DNA of 64,000 bases, taken from positions 15,068,001 to 15,132,000 of the forward strand of contig NC_087250.1 of the NCBI RefSeq assembly GCF_037042905.1. The letters run 5' to 3'. Shown one piece after another: positions 47,901-61,404 of the stretch. The stretch is from Lytechinus pictus (Eukaryota). Both the position numbers and the translations under genes were made by a program. The first letter of the stretch is position 1, and every line of letters starts with the position of its first letter. The notes under the pieces are model-generated. The model saw only the letters and a list, made by a program, of their open reading frames with translations, was not told where the DNA came from and did not search any database.

Positions 47901-50900
47901 AATAATAATAGTACATTTCTTAAATACGCATAACACCTACATGTACAGGTCTCTATGCGCGAGTGACTAAATCAAACATTCTGAAAGAGGTGGGTTTTTA
48001 ATTGAACTTTGAATTTCTCAAGCTGGGTAATATTTCTTATTGTCGGTGGTAGAGAATTCCATAGTGCTGGTGCAGCTTTCTGGAAAGCCCGATCTCCATA
48101 TGATTTGGTCTTGACGGTAATTTCAGAGAGAAGATTTTGTGAGCCAGAACGAAGATTACGCTTGGGTTTATGAATCTGGACAAGTTCTTGAAGATAAGCA
48201 GGGGCAATACCATGAATACATTTGAATGTTAATATGAGAAGTTTATATTTGATCCTTGATCGAATGGGTAGCCAGTGAAGGTCAGATAAGATGGGGGTGA
48301 TGTGTTCAAATTTTCCTTTTCGAGTTATAAGTCTTGCAGCAGAATTTTGGATGTGTTGCAATTTATCAAGAAGCGATTCCTGTATTCCGAATAGTAAACT
48401 ATTATTATTATCTAAGTGACTTAAGATGAAGGCATGTACTAACTTTTCTGTTGTTTTCCTATCAAGATATTATCTTACAAACCGGTTGGAATAGCGGGGC
48501 TGCTAAGGCGGAACTTGTAGGAAGTAGGTAGTAGGAGCCTTTGAAAGAGGGAGGGGCTGTGGGGCTTCAGTCCCCCCTTTCAATAACCTTGCACAAAAAA
48601 AAGTAAAAATCACCATCCGTTTTTTTTTTCAATTGCGTGTTTTTTGTTGTTGGCATGATCACCCCCTCCCATTTTCAAAGCCGATGCAGGGTCCTTGGGA
48701 GATACACAGGAGCTGAACAGGCACTTGGAGAGGGAGGAGCCGATCGCCCCGCCAAGTCATAGAATTATGATTTTTTTTTTTTAAGTAGGCCTAGGACTAA
48801 TAGAAAGGCGAATTAAGAAGAAATACGAATGGAGACAGAAAAGCAATGTTTAGAGTCTGGTTTGCCTTCGAACTATAAAATGCCCATTCTATTGTATTAT
48901 TCACTAAGCAAGAAAAGAAAGTTAAAGTTCGGGTAACCTTGCCAGACTTCCCCCTCCATCGATCGCCTCTTCATCTTCATATCAAGTAATCCTGGGGCTC
49001 GTCTAACAAAGAGTTGCGATTGATCTGATTGATTGCAACTATGGAAAGCCAGCAACGTCAACATCTAAAATACATGGTCAAGATAATTACTAGAGATAAT
49101 CTATAATTATCCATGCATTATCTGTTTTTCTTGAAAATTCAGTATGCTTCTTTTTTGTTTTCAAAGGACATCAAACAAATTTCCGAAAGAGAAAATTATG
49201 ACTTTGTTGGATTTCTATATACTTGAGATTGATCGGATCAATCGTAACTCTTTGTAAGACGGGGCCCAGCGCTACCTTAGTTCTTACACAATTTGACCAC
49301 AATGACATATTTATTTCATTCAGTTTTTTCCCTCCCATTTAAACAGGTGGCGTATCAAATTTCCTGCAGTTCTGTCATCCTCCTCACTTTCACCCGATAC
49401 GATGCCATAATCAACCCGCTAAGATCCATCAACCGTTGGAATACCGCCCGCATCGCATCCGTAATCTGCTTCAGTTGGCTCCGTAAGTTTAATACGCTCA
49501 CATTTTTTTCCAATCCGGCTACATTAATAAGCCCGTCTCACACTGTGCTATCCGGTGCGACGCGATTTTTCAAGAAATCGCATTTTGCATTGAATTTGAA
49601 AGTTCCAAGAAGTAGATTATTTTCTTTACATTTTGGCAGATAAGACTTACGGTTGTAAACTGCGCACGAGCAGAAAAAGGTCGTTTGAGATAAACCATGA
49701 AGGTGGCTTTCAAATTCACTGACATAGGCATTTGTGATTTGATGATTATTCATGTATTCCTTTCAAATATTCATTTTGTCACATCCAAGCTGAAGAGTAA
49801 TAAATAGAGCCTTCATAATCACTGGTACTAGTATTTGATAGTAGCCTAAACAAATGTGCCAAAGGCAGACAATATAACAGATTTTCAAACTTTATCCCTG
49901 ATGTACTATTCTAGTCACCTGGTCTATACAATGCCTTTTGTTCTTATAATTTGAATACACTACCGGTAAAGCTTACGCAACATCTACATTTGAAAATGAT
50001 AGTGCTAATCCTAATGAAAAATCACAAAAGTCATTTGAGAAAAGTTGATCATGAGCTAACCGTGAACTGGCTTATTGTTAGGAAAACTAAAATCATATTT
50101 TTACTTTGCGGAAACCCTATGGTCGGAGTAAAGTCCAAATCGGCTTCAAGTCGCAGCCGATGATGACGTCATTACGCTTTGGAATTGAAATTGTTTTTAT
50201 TCATTCAAGGAGGCTCTAACTGGACTGAATTTCGATTTCAGTAGTCCTACCACTATTCTGAACTCTGATCCGTAATATTTTATTAGTTGGAATATCCATA
50301 TCAAATGTTATCACAATTCATTTGAAATTCGGATCGCAACGAATCGCATGTGAGACGGGCTTTACGGGGCAGAGATGTAGCCGAGGCTGATACTTGCGAT
50401 TCACTAGACCGCCAGAGAAAACCTCCTGAAGTCTAGACTCTAAAATTTGTACACGTGATTCGGGCTGAGGCCGAATCCAAAGCCAGCAAAATGTGGCCTC
50501 ATGACCGGCCTCGATTACATTTTGTAAGGGAGTTAAACGCAATTGAATTATAGATTGCCATGCACCGGGAGGTGAATTCAGGATTTTATAAATGACCGGG
50601 TACTGAAACTTGTTTCATTTTGTTTTGCTTTAAAATTATAATAATGATAATTTAAAATATCAATACAAAGATGTTTCAAAGACATAACCTAATGCTGCCG
50701 CATTCTTATTTTTAATTAATTGGTGATAAAGGGCCATTATAAGGTAATGAGCTACAACTGTCCAATTGGCCCGTATTCTGAAGTCGGGTTTAACTTAGAC
50801 TACGGTCTTACTCTGTGCTAAAATTATGGTGAGCCAAAATAAAAAACAAGAGTTTATATTGTATATTTCTTATTTTTATTATTTTTGTTATTCCTTTTAC

Positions 50901-53900
50901 TTTCATTATGAGGAAACATATTTCAAAATATTTCAGTTATCATTCCCAGACAATTATGAACAAATTCAGTGTCATATGAGTTAATTAATTGGATTTGTAC
51001 TGTTATGGATTTGTGCCCCAATAGGTTCTCCATACTTAAACCACAACTTTAAACTAGGGTTTAATTTAAACCTGACTTCAGAATACGGGTCATTGACTAT
51101 GGTGGCCCAGTGGCAGAGTGCCTGCCTCATGAAGGTCGTGGGTTCGATCCCCAGCCGACTCATACCAAAGATTAACAAAGTGGAATCTTCTGACCTCTTG
51201 TCAGGGAAATGTTCATAATGTAGGGCGAGCCGGGAGAACAGTTAATCAAGATGAATAAGCTACTCTACGTAAATAAGAATTATGATGATCACTATAATTA
51301 TTATTATTATCATTATTATTATTAGTAGTAGTAGTAGAAGAAGTAGCAGCAGCAGCAGCAGTATAGTAGTGCAATAATTTTTGTCTCGCCTGCATAGCAG
51401 AGCGAGACTATTGGCGCCGCTTTTCCGACGGCGGCGTCAACATCAAATCTTAACCTAAGGTTAAGTTTTTGAAATGACATAACTTAGAAAGTATATGGAC
51501 CTAGTTCATGAAACTTAAACACAAGGTTAATCAAGTATTAGTGAACATCCTGCTCGAGTTTCAGGTCATGTGATCAAGGCCAAAGGTCATTTAGGGTCAA
51601 TGAACTTTGGTCAAGTTGGGGGTATTTGTTGAATTACTATCATAACTTTGAAAATTTATGGATCTAGTTCATGAAAGTTGGACATAAGGTTAATCAAGTA
51701 TGAGTAAACATCCTGCCTGAGTTTCAGGTCACATGACCAAGGTCAAAGGTCATTTAGGGTCAATGAACTTTGGCCAAGTTGGGGGTATTTGTTGAATTAC
51801 CATCGTAACTTTGAAAATTTATGGATCTAGCTCATGAAACTTGGACATTAGGTTAATCAAGTACCACTGAATATCCTGTGCGAGTTTCAGGTCACATGAC
51901 CATGGTCAATGGTCATTTAAGGTCAATGAACTTTGGCCGTGTTGGGGGTATTTGTTAAATTTCCATCCTAACTAAAAGTTTATGGATCTAGTTCATAAAA
52001 CTTGGACATAAAAGTAATCAAGTATCACTGAACACCCTGTACGAGTTTTAGGTCACATGACCATGGTCAAAGGTCATTAAAGGTCAATAAACTTTGGCCG
52101 TGTTGGGGGTATTTGTTGAATTACCATCCTAACTCTGAAAGTTTATGGATCTAGTTCATAAAACTTGGGATATAAGAGTAATCAAGTATCACTGAACATC
52201 CCCTGTGAGTTTCAGGTCACAAAACCAAGGCCAAAGTTCAGTTAAGGTCAATAAACTTAGGCCATGTTGGGGTAATTGTTGAATTGCCATCATAACTTTG
52301 AAAGTTTATGGATAGAGTGAATGAAATGTGGACATGGGTGTAGTTGACAAGTCTTAAGTCACCGTTCAAATGTCATTTATGGTCAATGAACGTGGTATTA
52401 TGTCATTATATGAATGGTGTTTTCGTGAATGATTATTTTATAGTAGTTTTCAAAGTAAGCACTGCTGCTGTATTAAATCGCGTAATGCAGGCGAGACTGC
52501 CAGAGGCGTTCCACTTGTTTATTGTTAATATCGCTATTATTATAACTACAATTATTATTATTTTTATCATCATCAGTAGTAGTAGTAGTGGTTAGAAGTA
52601 GTAGTAGTATCATCATTTTCTTCATCAAGAATAAGAAGAAAGAAAGAAAGAGAAGAAGAAAAGAAGAAGAACAAGAGGAAGAAGAACAACAACAAGCCAT
52701 GCAAGAAGAAGAATGAAAATACGAAGAAGAGGAGGAGGAGGAGACGACGACGAAGAAGAAGAGGAATAAGAAGAAGAAGAAGAAAGAAGGAGGAGAAGAA
52801 GAAAAGGAAAGTGCAACTTCCGAATGCGCAACTTTTGGTTGAAAATCATATTGCGTATGATTCTTAAAAAGTTTAATGTGTATGATCGGAACATGGCCCG
52901 GCGGATATAGCATCACTGCATAAATCCCTTTGATGTCACCCAAAGTTAATTATAGCGTCAACAAACTGCAAAATGTATTACCTTTTTAATCTCTCTCTAC
53001 CGGCGGCGCCAAAGATGAAAAGAGATCCATTACTGTGGATCCCTAGATCTACATGAATGAATAAAGTGTTCATAAATATTATAAACCTTTATTCCGAGTT
53101 AAAATAATGCTCAGAATTTGGCATTACTAAGTCCACAAAAAGGTTAATGCAGCATATTTCTACCGACAGTAATACTCTTATTTCTTCATGAATAATTCCA
53201 AAGTCACCCAAGTACCGAGCAAAATACGCCTTACTGGTAATAAGCCTATTTGTTTTTAAGTCAATCATCTGCTAATATCTCTATGAATACTCTAAAATAC
53301 TGTAGAAAAAACATGAATAGGGTCAGAGACATGGCCCTGGGGAGCCGGGTGCTGTGTGTGTTATTTTCCATACGCAGCACCCCTTGGAATATGGGGCTTG
53401 TCGAATTTTACAGTGAACCCCTTTTCTCTCATTTTTTTGGCTGTCATATTTCTCGGAGCCAAAAATAAAACTTATTTTGTAGCGATCCCCCTTTATCTTT
53501 TGCTTAATAACATCAGCAACCCTGTAAAAATCTTTCCCAGGGCCCTGCCTAAGGAATTCGAATTTAATAACGAAATATGATGTAATTGGTGACTATACAT
53601 GTAGGTCACTATAGTAAAAACAATAGATGCGGCGCTAGTGTAAACGTGAGGGGGGGGGATGCGCAAGATGACTGAAAGTGATGTCATTGTTTTAATTGAA
53701 AGGTAAAGTCCACCCCAACAAAAGTTTGATTTGAATAAAAAGAGAAAAATCGAACAACCATAACACTGAAAATGTCATCAAAATCGGATGTAAAATAAGA
53801 AAGTTAGGACATTTTAAAGTTTCTCTTAATTTCACAGAATAGGTATATGCACATCCCAGTCGGTATGCAAATGAGGGAATTGATGACATCACTCACTATT

Positions 53901-55373
53901 TCGTTTGTACTTTATTATATGAAATATTCTAATTTTCTCCTCATTGTCCTGTGAAACAAAGTTTTATTTCTCACTGAACATTGAAATATTGCATAATTCA
54001 ACAATAAAAAACAAAAGAAATAGTGAGTGAGGGACATCATTGATTCTCTCATTTGCATGTGGCTAACTTGACTGTGCATATTTTGGGAAAATTAAACGAA
54101 CCTTTAAAATGTCACAACTTTGTTAATTTACATCCGATTTTGATGAAATTGTCAGCATAATGCTTGTCTGATTTGTCTCTATTGATTCAAATCAACATTT
54201 TTCTGAGGTGGACTTGACCTTGAATAATAGGGGTGTAAACCTATTAAAGAGACACAGACTTCTCCTTTAGATCTTTAGATTTTCTTACCCTTTTCTTTAT
54301 TTTCCCCTTGTCTCTCCCCTTCCTCCTACTAGGCCTCCTTATATATATATATATATATATATATTGGGTCGACTACCCTCACTGCTCCCCAACCGCCCCC
54401 CCCCCCTCCCTGTAGAGCCGGCCCTGGTAGCTAAAAATCGTTGATATATACGACTAGTAATTGAATAATATTTCTGCACACTAGTATTTTTTGCACCGCA
54501 ATGTTAGCAGGTTTTGGAGCAATTTTATCATTACTACTTGCTCCAATCAACACTCGTGTGCAAGGTGCAACTTTTCACCGTTTAAGGTTCATAATACTTG
54601 ACGATAATATTAAGTTTGGTTTAAATTTGCACCTTTATTACATGGCTCATCTATCTCTGCGCTTAATGTCGCACACTGTATATTTAAAGGTGCAAAAATG
54701 TAGAAAAAATTAATTGTTGGGATGCTGCTATTGTACCAACCCCAAGGGTTCAAATTTGAACTCCTATTTCTTTGGACTGTATTATTTTAACCAGCTTTAT
54801 CATGATCCTTTTCTTATTCCTCTCTATTTCTTTTTCTTCGCAGTGTCCTTTCTTCTACACATACCATCATACTTTCAAGTCTGCAACCCGACTACGGCAT
54901 TGGACATCAGCCTACAGATATACATATACAGCATCATGTTTCTATTCCCATCTCTCCTTCTCTTCTTCTGCTACACGCGGATTCTCTGCCGCGTCGTAGG
55001 CAACACTTTCCGCAAAAAGCAGCACGCGGCGACGCGCGCAGCACGACCCGCGTCGCACGCCAAAATGACCCGGATGGTGTTGGCGATTCTGTTGATATTC
55101 TTTCTGTTCCGCGCGCCACGTTCGACGTTCGTGCTCCACAAGTTCTTGACCGGATGGAAAAGTGTGCGCTGGTTCGAGGACATGATACTGCTTCTGTCAT
55201 TCATTACGCTTGAGCAACTTAATTGCGTACTTGATCCGTTCGTCTACGCGCTCTCCGCTCCGCAGTTCAAGAAATATCTGGCCCAAACCATGCAATGCTG
55301 TAAGAAAAATCATGAGAAGAAAGATAAAGAGGTCTCGAAAACCATTTCGACAGAGATTTCGACAAGAATGTAA
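44544..55373 (+). CDS. Orphan rhodopsin-family (class A) GPCR; join(44544..44903,49347..49482,54844..55373), ~341 aa
   Basis: Three GT-AG exons with matching phases (0, 1) total 1026 nt. N-terminal NxS/T sites, seven hydrophobic segments, SLMLAD (TM2), TRY.AI..P (TM3), W..S....P (TM4), P....FCY..I (TM5), NCVLDPFVY (TM7), helix 8 F and CC. Confidence 0.85.
45322..45575. mobile_element. CACTA-like MITE in the RPL11 retrocopy 3' UTR
   Basis: TA|CATTGTT..AACAGTG|TA. Confidence 0.55.
45842..46080. mobile_element. CACTA-like MITE interrupting the RPL11 retrocopy CDS
   Basis: TA|CACAGCAAAAACTG..CAGTTTTTACAGTG|TA; removing it and one TA restores ..KVRQYNLRK. Confidence 0.85.
46405..47283 (-). mobile_element. 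tRNA-derived SINE interrupted by a MULE-like element
   Basis: B box GGTTCGATTCC on the minus strand at ~47221-47231; the tail resembles that of 13025-13316. Confidence 0.7.
46578..47138. mobile_element. MULE/Mutator-like non-autonomous element
   Basis: CCCGGGG..CCCCCGGG ends with ~45-bp TIRs and an exact 9-bp TSD CCAGGTACC (46569-46577 and 47139-47147). Confidence 0.82.
47889..48475 (-). mobile_element. L2-type LINE 3' fragment
   Basis: [49 protein letters not shown], followed by a (TAT)n tail. Confidence 0.88.
48994..49267. mobile_element. Harbinger-like MITE
   Basis: GGGGCTCGTCTAACAAAGAGTTGCGATTGATC..GATCAATCGTAACTCTTTGTAAGACGGGGCCC. Confidence 0.7.
49347..49482 (+). CDS. GPCR exon 2 (TM3 to TM4)
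   Basis: CAG acceptor; [51 protein letters not shown] donor at 49483. Confidence 0.85.
49529..50362. mobile_element. MITE with a nested second MITE (49641-50074)
   Basis: AAGCCCGTCTCACA..TGTGAGACGGGCTT outer TIRs; the inner copy matches 17535-17978. Confidence 0.75.
50768..51091. mobile_element. Harbinger-like MITE family copy 2 of 3
   Basis: Same TIRs as 24808-25119; ATT on both flanks. Confidence 0.8.
51379..52519. mobile_element. Helentron/HINE-like element with ~5 internal 163-bp tandem repeats
   Basis: T run plus GTCTCGCCTGC..GCGAGAC hairpin at the left end; GCAGGCGAGAC sub-TIR at the right; GGATCTAGTTCAT recurs at ~163-bp spacing. Confidence 0.72.
52535..52808. repeat. Compound microsatellite (TTA/GTA/GAA/GAG)
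   Basis: Directly visible trinucleotide runs. Confidence 0.9.
53701..54220. mobile_element. Kolobok-like MITE
   Basis: TGAA|AGGTAAAGTCCACC..GGTGGACTTGACCT|TGAA with long inverted arms. Confidence 0.72.
54844..55373 (+). CDS. GPCR exon 3 (TM4 end to C-terminus)
   Basis: Strong pyrimidine tract plus CAG; in frame with ORF 54714..55373. Confidence 0.87.
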
Positions 55374-55944
55374 AGCTCCATGCCCTCTTCAAAATACTGT
55401 ATCAGTATGTCGCAACTCTCCACTGCGCGTTTTTGATTGGTTGAAAGTCCAATTGCAAACGATTTTTCGAGTTGCGTTTGATTGCAAGTCTTTTACAACG
55501 GCCCCAGGAGTTGGGTTCGTCGGCGCGACTGCGACGCAAATCTCTTAATTTCTTGATTGGTTGATTGATTGATGTATTTTTAATCGCCATAAAAAAGTCT
55601 CAAAGTTTATGCCCAAAAGATGAATAGGGTATACGAGATGATCTCTAGAGCTTATTTAATGTGGTTCCCAAAATAGCATCGATTGCACTTTGTAGAATAA
55701 CTCTATTATGGATAGTCTTAGTGGATTTGTTATATCGAATGTAAGCCTATAGTACGAAGTACATATTTTAATATCACATTTTAGGACATTTTCCAATAGA
55801 TTATATTTGTAAATGATTTTGTTAATGTTCACAACATACATGCAGTTCTTCATACGCTAAATTATACTCTTCTAAAACGTTATATAACAACATTAAGATG
55901 AAAGGCGTCTAATAAATTATACGCATAAATCTGCAAAACACATT

Positions 55945-56257
55945 GGCCCGTATTCTGAACTCGGGTTTTAAGTAAACCCTGGTTTAAAGTAGTGGTTTAA
56001 CTATGGAGAGCCAATTGGAGCACAAATCCCTAACAGTACACATTCAATTTATTAACTCATATGACATCCAAATTGTTCATAATTGTCTGGGAATGATAAC
56101 TGAAGTATATTTTTTTCATTATGAAAGCAAAAGGAAACAAAATAGTAAACATAAGAAATATACAACGCAAACTTCATTTTTGAACTTTTTGCTCCCCATA
56201 AATTTAGCACAGAGTTAGATCGTGTTCTAAGTTAAACCTGACTTCAGAATACGGGCC
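55945..56257. mobile_element. Harbinger-like MITE family copy 3 of 3
   Basis: ATT|GGCCCGTATTCTGAA..TTCAGAATACGGGCC|ATT. Confidence 0.82.
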
Positions 56258-56628
56258 ATTACGAAGAATACGAGACATTTGGCTTCCTCTAGCTGCATGC
56301 CCGTACGCACAGGCGATCCGTCGATATATCACATGGTATTTTTACAAAAATATGCACCCTTTTTTCTTAAAATTTGATGGAGAGGGGGAAACATTAATCA
56401 TATCAAATAGGGGAGTTCAGAAATGAGGAAAGGAGAAACTATATTTAACTGATTTCAATGATTCATCCAATCTAATGAACTCATCTAGGCGTGTTTTGGG
56501 CCCAATCTTTCCCTAACGCATTGCTTTTTGGCAGTTTTATGGGAAATGCACGTTTTTTCACACAAGTTTTGAGACACGATTCCCCATTTCTCGAGAATGA
56601 GCAGTTAACGACGTGAAAAATATTTATA

Positions 56629-57637
56629 CAGTGCGTTTCAGAAAAAAAGTTTATCCAAATCTCGAGAGCTGGTATCCGAATCATATTCAATTCTGTGGAA
56701 TTATTAGGCATGGATGTGAAAGAGTAACTCATCAGCTTTATATTGATACCCTATTTGTGCCATTTGTGCCACGCGTGACAAAATTAAGTGATGTTGAAGA
56801 CAACAGGTGCAGATACAAGTTTTTGCAAGTTTTTGAAAACTTGATGAAAGAGCAGATGCTGGTGTAAATACTTTCATCAATGCCTGAGCTTGCAAAAATC
56901 TTGATTGGACCTTTTTCTTCCGGCAAACGATTGTAAATGGGCTAATGTACTTGCAAATGATTAACAAGGAGATTGTACCACAGTCGTTGGACCAACATTT
57001 TGAGACGAAGGTTCGAGGAGTGTACCTGCATCTTTGGTGGATTTAGGACTAGCACTCCATTCCATTGTTCCAACATCTTTCGAGATAGACTCAAAGAACT
57101 CTTTGCAGTTTGGACCTCAAGTTGTTGCCCTCAACAATGACTTAGAAAGGGTGGGTGATTCCTTTGGGGACACTTAAAAACAAGTTATTTGTAATTCCTC
57201 CTTAAGATCTTGATGATTTGCAGGGCCGAATTCGACATGAGATGGATGCTTTTTGTGCAATGATAATTGATGAGTTGTCCAAGATATTCCACGCTACCGG
57301 TTCGAAGGAGAGAAGGACATGATGAAGGTGTGGGTGAATAAGACACTAACCTTTCAATAACCATTTCAGAAGAATGCCTTGACTCTTGAAGTCTTCATTC
57401 CAAAATTACTTAATTTTTACATTTTATTTGATCAAGCGCACATTTTACCCAAACTTGGAAAAAGTGGTACCTGCACCTGTTGTCTTCAACATCAATTAAT
57501 TCGGTCATGAGTGACGCAGATGGTACAAATAGGGTATCAATCAAAAGCTGATGAGTTTTTCTTTCATATCCATGCAGAATAATTCCACAAAATTAAACAT
57601 GATTCTAATATCTAGATTTTTTTTCTGAAACGCACTG
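56629..57637 (+). mobile_element. Internally deleted Tc1/mariner element with ~200-bp TIRs and transposase remnant
   Basis: TA|CAGTGCGTTTCAGAAAAAAA..TTTTTTTCTGAAACGCACTG|TA; degenerate DFLWGHLK..PP.DLDDLQGRI near 57157-57232. Confidence 0.82.
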
Positions 57638-58424
57638 TAGAAGTACGGAATGTATATTTCTCGAAAATGTAAGCCATGTCCCCATTGGATGTGACCTTTT
57701 TATCGTGTTTTTTTTATGAAGTTAGTTGTCGAATCGCTCTTCTGACATTTGGAGTCTCTATCAGGGACGCCACTCAGGGGTCGTCGCGCCCGAACCACCG
57801 GCTGGGCAGGTGTCGCAATGGTAGTATTCATGCGTAATGCACTGGATATAGATAATAATATTGTTCTCTAGATCGAATGAATTTGTAAATCATATACTTT
57901 TGATCAGAGCATTCAACATGAATATTTTAATGACCATTTCTTTGTTATAAGTGAAGGAAAGTCCCTCCAGAGAGTCTGATCACTCCTATTGTGAGAATGT
58001 ATCACTCCCAACTTGGAAACATGATCAGCTGATAGCACTCGGGGTCACTCCGTGAACTGTGTGTGCGTTCGAGAGTTGTAAACGATTTTCTGTCTTACTT
58101 CGGCAAAAAACTTTTAATTGACGTTTCATCAAAGCTAATTGGGACAATCGCATCTCCGCTTTCTCGTTAACACTGTATATGAATGTTCCTTCGTTTGAAA
58201 TTTTGAAATAAAATTGCCAGGTACGCTGACCTAATATAGACATTTTAAGGACAATAATAATAACAATAATGTCATATATTACCAAGGGGCGCCACTTCAG
58301 TTCTGAAAACTGTTCTACCAGCGGGCCCTGCATGCTTTACATGCTATTATTACCCCGGCTTTAGCACGGCTACCTAGACTGTGCCATTAAAAGCATATGT
58401 ATCTCACTGATCAAATAATTCCAT

Positions 58425-59284
58425 CGCGAGCTGAAAAATGTTGATATTCAGACCTAAAAAAGGGATATTATGAGAAATTGTTTGTAATCATAATACGTAA
58501 TTGTCTCACAAAACAGACAATGCGAGTGCGACGCGCGAGCTGAATATGTGTTTATATATATATATTGACCCCAAACAGGGACACTTTCAGGACTAGTTTT
58601 GTAGGAATTCATGAAGAGCATACACATCTCACCATAGTTATCTAATGCGAGCGGAAAGCGGTGCCGATTTTGTTAGAATTACACCTAAACACATGAAGCT
58701 CTTTTTTAGTCATTGTAATCATGAACATGATACGTATCTCACTAATCAAATATTGCGAGCGCGAAGCGCCAGCTGATTTTTTTTTGGAAATTCAGAGCTG
58801 AAGAGGGGCATTCTAAGGCATTCTAAGACTATACATATTTCACAAACCCAATGATGCCAGACCAGAAAAAACGGAAATTTTAAGGACTGTTTTTACGAAT
58901 CGAATTCTTATCTTACCAGTCCACTTATGCGAACGTAAGTATAGACTGGAAATGTTTTATATTCAGACCTTAATAGGGGTAATCACTTTAAGTAGATAGT
59001 CATGATAAGAGCATATGTCACTACATGAAACAATAATACAATGCGAGGAAATGTATTTGGTGTATATTTTGATTATAACAGGATTATAATTATGTTTCAT
59101 AATGTAATGAAACAAATATTTCTATATGATATAACATAGTATAATGTACAGTCATTTCTTCTCCCCCACTACGTTTCTCTTTCTTTCTCCTTATTTTTCT
59201 AATTTCCCCCCGTTTTTTTGCCAGCTGATTGGGGGGGGGGGGCCGTGCCCCGCGTTCCCTCCCCTCCCCGTAGTTACGCCTCTG
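58425..59284. mobile_element. Partial inverted relative of the 26639-27817 hAT-type element
   Basis: GCGAGCGCGAAGCG motifs at ~58522, 58648 and 58755; ends in TACGCCTCTG. Confidence 0.65.
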
Positions 59285-59407
59285 ATCCTCAGAACGTTGC
59301 AGACCTATAAAGCGTCCATATCTTGGAAGAATTCAGGTTCGACGGACGAGGAATAAGTTTGTTACCAGGTACATGCATGCCATACCTTAAGTAACACATA
59401 TATATAT

Positions 59408-59872
59408 TTTAGCACTTACAAACATTTCCAATTTCCTGTTTGAAAAAAAGTAAAAGTCACATAATTTAATGAATTATGTCGATCTATGCTTTATGCAAGA
59501 ATTAAGGGAGAAAACCAGGAAAATCAATTGTCTCGAGGACATCTGCATAGATTACACGATGCTACAGTATATAGTCCCATTATCCGTCGAAACATTAAAA
59601 CATTAAAAAACAGGTACTCACAAAATGATTCTTTGTAATTTTAGCACTTACAAACATTTCCAATTTCCTGTTTGAAAAAAGTAAAAGTCACATAATTTAA
59701 TGAATTATGTCGATCTTTGCTTTATGCAAGAATTAAGGGAGAAAACCAGGAAAATCAATTGTCTCGAGGACATCTGCATAGATTACACGATGCTACAGTA
59801 TATAGTCCCATTATCCGTCGAAACATTAAAACATTAAAAAACAGGTACTCACAAAATGATTCTTTGTAATTT
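59408..59872. repeat. Near-perfect 232-bp tandem duplication
   Basis: AGCACTTACAAACATTTCC starts at 59411 and 59643. Confidence 0.93.
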
Positions 59873-61404
59873 CATAAGTCGCATTACTGTTTATAGCATA
59901 ATGCTGTTTTTTATGCTCCTATCAAGGCGACACCAGCGCAGAGGATTATCTTTTATGTTTGGGGGATGCAACAATAGGTGTCCCCCTAGGAACAAAAGAT
60001 ATTACTGTCACGCCTACGCGCATTAGCATGCTTTGATTGTTGAAATGATTTATTTTCTCGAAAGATTTCATTGTAAATCGCTTCTCATACTGGGGTAATT
60101 TTTAGTGCTTATCATGTATGCGGATTGACTGATAATCTAAAAAAAGAAAAGATGACAGTTGTCAGTATACTGATGCCGCAGTTACACATTCGAAAGTGAC
60201 TCCAACGAACAGATGATATGCGATTGAAAATGATATTTTAGCTTTGATCGATCTGGACTCGGCAGCGGTAGTGTGTGACTGCGAAATCAGAGAGTTTTCG
60301 TTCACCGGCGTATACGGAGATATTCAGGTCAAGAGCTGAGAAATGTATTGTGATTTGTGCAGCGCCCGTCATGAAAAAGAGTAACGAAGGAGTCTTTATA
60401 AAAAAAAAAAATGGGTAATCAAAACAGCAGTTTAGTCCTTCGTTCTGGACCAACAATGCATTTCATATCTATCGTCAGCTCTGAAACGACTAGGTCCCGG
60501 TTCACCCATTTTCGACAAAAACTTATTTTTAGTTCTTTGTCATTTGGCGGGCGTGTGACAATACATTTACTCTATTCTTGAATCATCCGTACATCGCTGC
60601 GTGAAAACTTCAAGAGGATTACTTCGGAAATATATTGCCGTTATACTCCGGGATCCCCCCCTCCTCCCTCCCTCTTTCTAACCCCCCCCTCCTCTCTCGC
60701 CAAGTTACTCTCCGGTATCTTCGCGTAGGCCTATTTCTTTAGTAATTCTGCCAGCAAGATAATATCGGTAAAACGTTACTCAATTTCGTTTTCATTCTAA
60801 AATCTTTTAGGGAAAAATTTACCCAGCAGAAATTCATAAACCAACAAAACGTCATGGTCGCCTTTTCATGAATTATGGATTAAAACTTGCAGAATAACTG
60901 AGGTTGCATATAACCTTTTCACATCACTGTTCGTGTTGACAGTGACAGGCAATTCATGTTATCAACTTATAACATTCATTTGCAATATCAAAATTTAGTA
61001 GGCCTTACAACCATTTACATTTTGAAAAGGCCTCGATATGCAATTAACCAGGGAGAAAAAAAGAAAGTGAGAGAAAAGAGAGAGGGAGAGAAAGGAGGCG
61101 AGGGGCAGGGCGAAAAAGGAGGAATTGCCGACTGTTGTATATCGTACAGTATAAAATTAATTTGGTATAATGTTCGATGACGAATCCACTGTGTGTAAAT
61201 AATTCAAATAAAATTCGGTTTGCATTCGTCTATTTGGCTGTTAAAGAGATCTCTACGATCGCTTAGCCTGAAATTAGCACAATATTGTATTAAATTTGAT
61301 ATGGAGACTAATCACGAATTGGGGAATTATTATGAATGCTCGTTTACATTACATTTACGCCTGTTTTCACTCCGCCTGTATGTGTCTGCAAATTAATGTT
61401 ATGC

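Noticed and set aside
52473..52943. 156-aa and 89-aa ORFs rich in S/F/L
   Set aside because: Translations of trinucleotide microsatellites.
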